This document shows positions 17,475 to 21,285 of a stretch of 21,285 bases of DNA, piece by piece (the first letter of the stretch is position 1; every line of letters begins with the position of its first letter). The notes below the pieces were generated by a model that did not search any database, was not told the origin of the DNA, and saw nothing but the letters and a program-made list of their open reading frames with translations. Origin of the DNA: an uncultured Synergistales bacterium (GTDB taxonomy: Bacteria > Synergistota > Synergistia > Synergistales > Aminobacteriaceae); assembly GCA_937897575.1 (NCBI GenBank), contig CALCQG010000067.1, positions 62,001 through 83,285 of the forward strand, written 5' to 3'. A program made the translations under genes and the position numbers.

Positions 17475-18131
17475 ATGTTCACAGAGGACGAACTCCTCCC
17501 TATCTCGGCACTTCAGCATCTCGCCTTTTGCGAGCGTCAATGGGCACTGATTCACATAGAAGGGGCCTGGGCGGAAAATGCCCGTACCTCCGAGGGGCGT
17601 CTTCTGCATGAAAAAGTGCACGAAGAGGAGTTCGAGAGCCGAGGGGAGTGCCGCACTGTGCGCTCCCTCCGGCTTCGATCCTTCCAGCTCGGACTGACAG
17701 GTCAGGCCGACGTGGTGGAGTTTATCCAAACATCTGACGGAACGACCGTCATTCCCGTCGAATTCAAGCTTGGAAAACCCAAGATCGACAATTGCGATGA
17801 AGTTCAACTTTGCGCCCAAGCTCTATGCCTTGAGGAGATGCTCCATGTTCAAATAGAAGAAGGTTTCTTTTTTTACGGAAGGGTACGAAGACGGCACCAG
17901 GTGCTCTTTTCTCGCTCCCTTCGAGTTGAGACAGAGAAACTATCGCGTACACTTCACGCTCTCTATAAGGATAGGAAAACGCCTCGCGCTGTATATGAGA
18001 AAAAATGCGAGTCTTGTTCCCTTATCGATATCTGCATGCCCAAACTCGTGCGGAGAAAGAGCGCTCGATCCTACCTCGAGAGCATCATTACCGAAGAAGA
18101 CTATGAAGCTACGGAGGGTAATTTATTATGA
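17475..18131 (+). CDS. cas4: CRISPR-associated exonuclease Cas4
   Basis: ISALQHLAFCERQWALIH, GQADVVE, PVEFK, QLCAQALCLEEM and the C-terminal CESCSLIDIC Fe-S ligands. Confidence 0.95.
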   Translation: MFTEDELLPISALQHLAFCERQWALIHIEGAWAENARTSEGRLLHEKVHEEEFESRGECRTVRSLRLRSFQLGLTGQADVVEFIQTSDGTTVIPVEFKLGKPKIDNCDEVQLCAQALCLEEMLHVQIEEGFFFYGRVRRRHQVLFSRSLRVETEKLSRTLHALYKDRKTPRAVYEKKCESCSLIDICMPKLVRRKSARSYLESIITEEDYEATEGNLL

Positions 18132-19159
18132 AACACCTCCTGAACACTCTGTACGTTACATCTCAAGGCTCATATCTTGCCCGCGACGGAGAAACAGTAC
18201 TCGTCCGACAAGATGGTGAAACCAAGGTTCACATCCCTATCCACACCCTTTCGAGCATCATTTGCTTCGGACAGGTTGCCTGCAGTCCACCCCTTTTAGG
18301 GTTATGCGGGGCCCGAAACGTTTCCGTCGCCTTTCTGACGGAACAGGGGAAATTCTTGGCCCGCGTCCATGGTCCCGTATCGGGCAATGTACTTCTTCGG
18401 AGAGAACAGTACCGCCGCGCCGACGATAAAGAACAAGCGGCGGAAATAGCCCGTTCCGTCGTCGTGGCGAAAATAGCGAATAGCAGAACGGCCCTACTGC
18501 GGATGGCGCGGGAGCACAGTGAACAGAACTCAAAAGAAAAACTACGCGCAACAGCCTCGACCCTCTCCGAAAGTCTTCGCCTCCTCGGCAATCCCCTCCC
18601 CTTGGATACAGTCCGGGGAATTGAAGGCGACGCAGCCCGCCAATATTTCAGTGTTTTTGACCATCTCATCGTGGCGCAGAAGGATATCTTCTTTTTCAAA
18701 GAGCGATCCAGACGGCCACCAATGGATCCAATGAATGCCCTGCTCTCCTTCCTTTATACACTTCTTGTCCATGACATTTCATCAGCCTTGGAAGGGGTCG
18801 GGCTCGACCCTGCCGTGGGTTTTCTTCATCGTGACCGTCCTGGCCGACCGAGCCTCGCCCTTGATCTGATGGAAGAATTTCGCCCCATGCTCGCCGATAG
18901 GGTCGCACTGACCTTGGTCAACAGACAGCAAGTGCAAGGCAAACACTTCGCCATCATGGAGACCGGTGCGGTCTCAATGGACGAAACGGCGAAAAAAGAA
19001 ATCCTTATGACATGGCAGAAAAAGAAACAAGATGAGATTCTTCACCCGTTCATAGGTGAAAAAATCCTCATAGGACTGCTTCCTCACATCCAAGCCATGC
19101 TGCTCGCCCGATTTTTGCGCGGAGATCTGGATGCCTATCCTCCGTTCAGATGGAGGTAA
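18128..19159 (+). CDS. cas1: Type I-C CRISPR-associated endonuclease Cas1
   Basis: LLNTLYVT, SGNVLLRREQY, RGIEG.AA..YF, RSRRPP.DPMNALLSFLY, GFLH and SLALDLMEEFRP. Confidence 0.97.
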   Translation: MKHLLNTLYVTSQGSYLARDGETVLVRQDGETKVHIPIHTLSSIICFGQVACSPPLLGLCGARNVSVAFLTEQGKFLARVHGPVSGNVLLRREQYRRADDKEQAAEIARSVVVAKIANSRTALLRMAREHSEQNSKEKLRATASTLSESLRLLGNPLPLDTVRGIEGDAARQYFSVFDHLIVAQKDIFFFKERSRRPPMDPMNALLSFLYTLLVHDISSALEGVGLDPAVGFLHRDRPGRPSLALDLMEEFRPMLADRVALTLVNRQQVQGKHFAIMETGAVSMDETAKKEILMTWQKKKQDEILHPFIGEKILIGLLPHIQAMLLARFLRGDLDAYPPFRWR

Positions 19160-19203
19160 ATTGAAAATGCACCTTGAAAACCGAATAAGGAGGAGTCGCT
19201 CTC

Positions 19204-19494
19204 ATGATGGTTTTGATCACCTACGACGTCAACACGGCATCGGAAGGTGGAAACCGACGCCTGCGACAGGTGGCAAAAATATGTCAGAACTTCGGCCAGA
19301 GAGTTCAAAATTCCGTCTTCGAGTGCTTGGTCGACCCCGCTCAATGGACGAACTTACGGCATAAATTGCTTCAAACCTATAATTCTGAGAGAGATAGTTT
19401 GAGATTTTACTTTCTTGGCGCAAATTGGAGAAGAAGAGTAGAACATCAGGGGGCGAAAGCAGGGTACGACCCGGAAGGTCCCTTGATCCTGTAA
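19204..19494 (+). CDS. cas2: CRISPR-associated endoribonuclease Cas2
   Basis: VLITYDV, RRLRQVAKIC..FGQRVQNSVFEC and DSLRFY. AAGGAGG RBS upstream. Confidence 0.97.
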   Translation: MMVLITYDVNTASEGGNRRLRQVAKICQNFGQRVQNSVFECLVDPAQWTNLRHKLLQTYNSERDSLRFYFLGANWRRRVEHQGAKAGYDPEGPLIL

Positions 19495-19688
19495 TGACAC
19501 TTTCCCTCTGCGCGGACCTGAAGTGCCCATACTTTTCCAGGAGGTTTCGCGAAGAGCGCTCGATAGGCTCAAAGAGCAGATCGAGTCTAACAGGGTCGAC
19601 ATGATCTTTGCCCCTTAAAGGGTATTGAGGAACGTTTCGCGAAACACACGTGCTAACCGTTGAAATTGCACGCCAAAACACAGAAACG
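19495..19688 (+). promoter_or_regulatory. CRISPR leader
   Basis: 194-bp non-coding interval between cas2 and the first repeat. It carries GCGGACC (~19512) and two GTTTCGCGAA copies (19544, 19634), resembling the GCGAACC/GGTTCGC motifs of I-C leaders. Confidence 0.8.
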
Positions 19689-21285
19689 GTCGCTCCCTCA
19701 CGGGAGCGTGGGTTGAAACCCACGACCCGCTACGGCACGGCGGCGCCGACGAAGTCGCTCCCTCACGGGAGCGTGGGTTGAAACATCCCGGTCCTCAAAG
19801 ATCGATATCCATCACGTAGTCGCTCCCTCACGGGAGCGTGGGTTGAAACACACTCTTCGCAAAGGGGATGCCGCTCTCTGTATTGTCGCTCCCTCACGGG
19901 AGCGTGGGTTGAAACAACGTCCTCCGGGATTGTCCTCAGCATAGGTACCTGTCGCTCCCTCACGGGAGCGTGGGTTGAAACATAACCCCTCCGCCGCCTA
20001 TGATCCCCGCCATGGGTCGCTCCCTCACGGGAGCGTGGGTTGAAACTTAAGCAGCCACGAACGCAGCGCCGCCAGCACATCGGTCGCTCCCTCACGGGAG
20101 CGTGGGTTGAAACAGCGGGTCGGACGAGTCGGTGCGGTCGTTCGCGTGTCGCTCCCTCACGGGAGCGTGGGTTGAAACAGTATCACCATGAGCTTTTGGA
20201 CTTCAGTGTCCTGTCGCTCCCTCACGGGAGCGTGGGTTGAAACTTAGTCAAGCGAAAGTTCTGCGTCCCCGAGTTCTGGTCGCTCCCTCACGGGAGCGTG
20301 GGTTGAAACATAAAACACGCTAAAATCAATGGTAAACACGTCCCGTCGCTCCCTCACGGGAGCGTGGGTTGAAACCTCGATGAAGCCCTCCTGTCCATCC
20401 TCGTAGCCAGTCGCTCCCTCACGGGAGCGTGGGTTGAAACAAGTCGGCCACAAGCTGTTTTAGCGTGGCCTTCTGTCGCTCCCTCACGGGAGCGTGGGTT
20501 GAAACCTCATCCGTCCATCCCTTGCGGACGAGCTGCGCTGTCGCTCCCTCACGGGAGCGTGGGTTGAAACTCACACCGACATATCTTGCCTGCGCCATGC
20601 AAGGTCGCTCCCTCACGGGAGCGTGGGTTGAAACGGTACTCCGCAGGCTCCCAGCGCTCGTTGAAAAAGTCGCTCCCTCACGGGAGCGTGGGTTGAAACG
20701 AATCTAGACCAGCACCTGTCCAAGCCGCAGCTCTGTCGCTCCCTCACGGGAGCGTGGGTTGAAACAGGTCGACCGTGTGATCTTTCCAAGGTTCTCCAGT
20801 CGCTCCCTCACGGGAGCGTGGGTTGAAACACCCTTGCCTCCTCAAGCTGCGGTCCTGTAAAAGGTCGCTCCCTCACGGGAGCGTGGGTTGAAACTCTCAC
20901 GTATCGGCGGCTCCTCCATCCAAGCCGCGTCGCTCCCTCACGGGAGCGTGGGTTGAAACCCCTTACCGCACAGAAGGCTGGTTTGGGTTTTACGTCGCTC
21001 CCTCACGGGAGCGTGGGTTGAAACCCAAACGTGCCGGTATCCATCCGGATCAACCCTTCGTCGCTCCCTCACGGGAGCGTGGGTTGAAACTCTTCGGCAT
21101 CGACAAACACCACGCTTATTTCCGGTCGCTCCCTCACGGGAGCGTGGGTTGAAACCAAGGCCCAGCTCACGGCCTGCGTCGTCGTCTCCGTCGCTCCCTC
21201 ACGGGAGCGTGGGTTGAAACCATACGCCTCGATTCGGACCTGCTGGCCGTCCTTGTCGCTCCCTCACGGGAGCGTGGGTTGAAAC
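19689..21285 (+). CRISPR. Type I-C CRISPR array: 25 identical 31-bp repeats GTCGCTCCCTCACGGGAGCGTGGGTTGAAAC and 24 spacers of 33-36 bp, probably continuing past the window end
   Basis: Repeats counted by hand from 19689 to 21255. Each has the hairpin CGCTCCC-TCAC-GGGAGCG and the 3' end TTGAAAC. The array is adjacent to cas2. Confidence 0.99.

Noticed and set aside
11534..19494. Absence of cas6
   Set aside because: This is normal for type I-C, where Cas5c processes pre-crRNA.
20635..20668. Spacer 15 contains GCTCCC..AGCG..GTTGAAA, resembling a degenerate repeat
   Set aside because: It has normal spacer length, no hairpin, and its reverse strand reads as plausible coding sequence (FFNERWEPAEY), so the resemblance is likely coincidental.
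19763..20707. ORFs within the CRISPR array
   Set aside because: They are artefacts of translating repeats (recurrent VSTHAPVRER and FNPRSREGAT).
19689..21285. Spacers matching sequence inside this window or duplicated spacers
   Set aside because: None was seen by eye and all 24 spacers appear unique. An exhaustive alignment could not be run.

Overview
The window has three blocks. (1) 1-6197 (+): a Dpp/Opp-type ABC importer operon (5'-truncated substrate-binding protein, two permeases, two ATPases). A creatininase-family amidohydrolase sits inside the operon and a peptidase C26/PuuD-like glutamine amidotransferase-fold hydrolase ends it. (2) 6242-10778 (-): a higher-GC block with two GNAT acetyltransferases, the orphan 3' end of an M20 peptidase gene, an aldo/keto reductase with a ferredoxin-like tail, an SPL-like radical SAM protein resembling 'radical SAM mobile pair protein B', and a 91-aa Cys-cluster small protein. 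(3) 11534-21285 (+): a type I-C CRISPR-Cas locus (cas3-cas5-cas8c-cas7-cas4-cas1-cas2), its leader, and an array of 25 identical 31-bp repeats and 24 spacers that runs to the window edge. The most unusual points are a cas8c split by a frameshift at an A8 tract while the internal Cas11 start stays intact, a Cas7 with a roughly 70-aa very AT-rich insertion, spacers whose translations resemble a phage HNH nuclease and possibly host-type genes, and the Cys-rich peptide/radical SAM pair. All family assignments come from motif recognition by eye; no database search was run.
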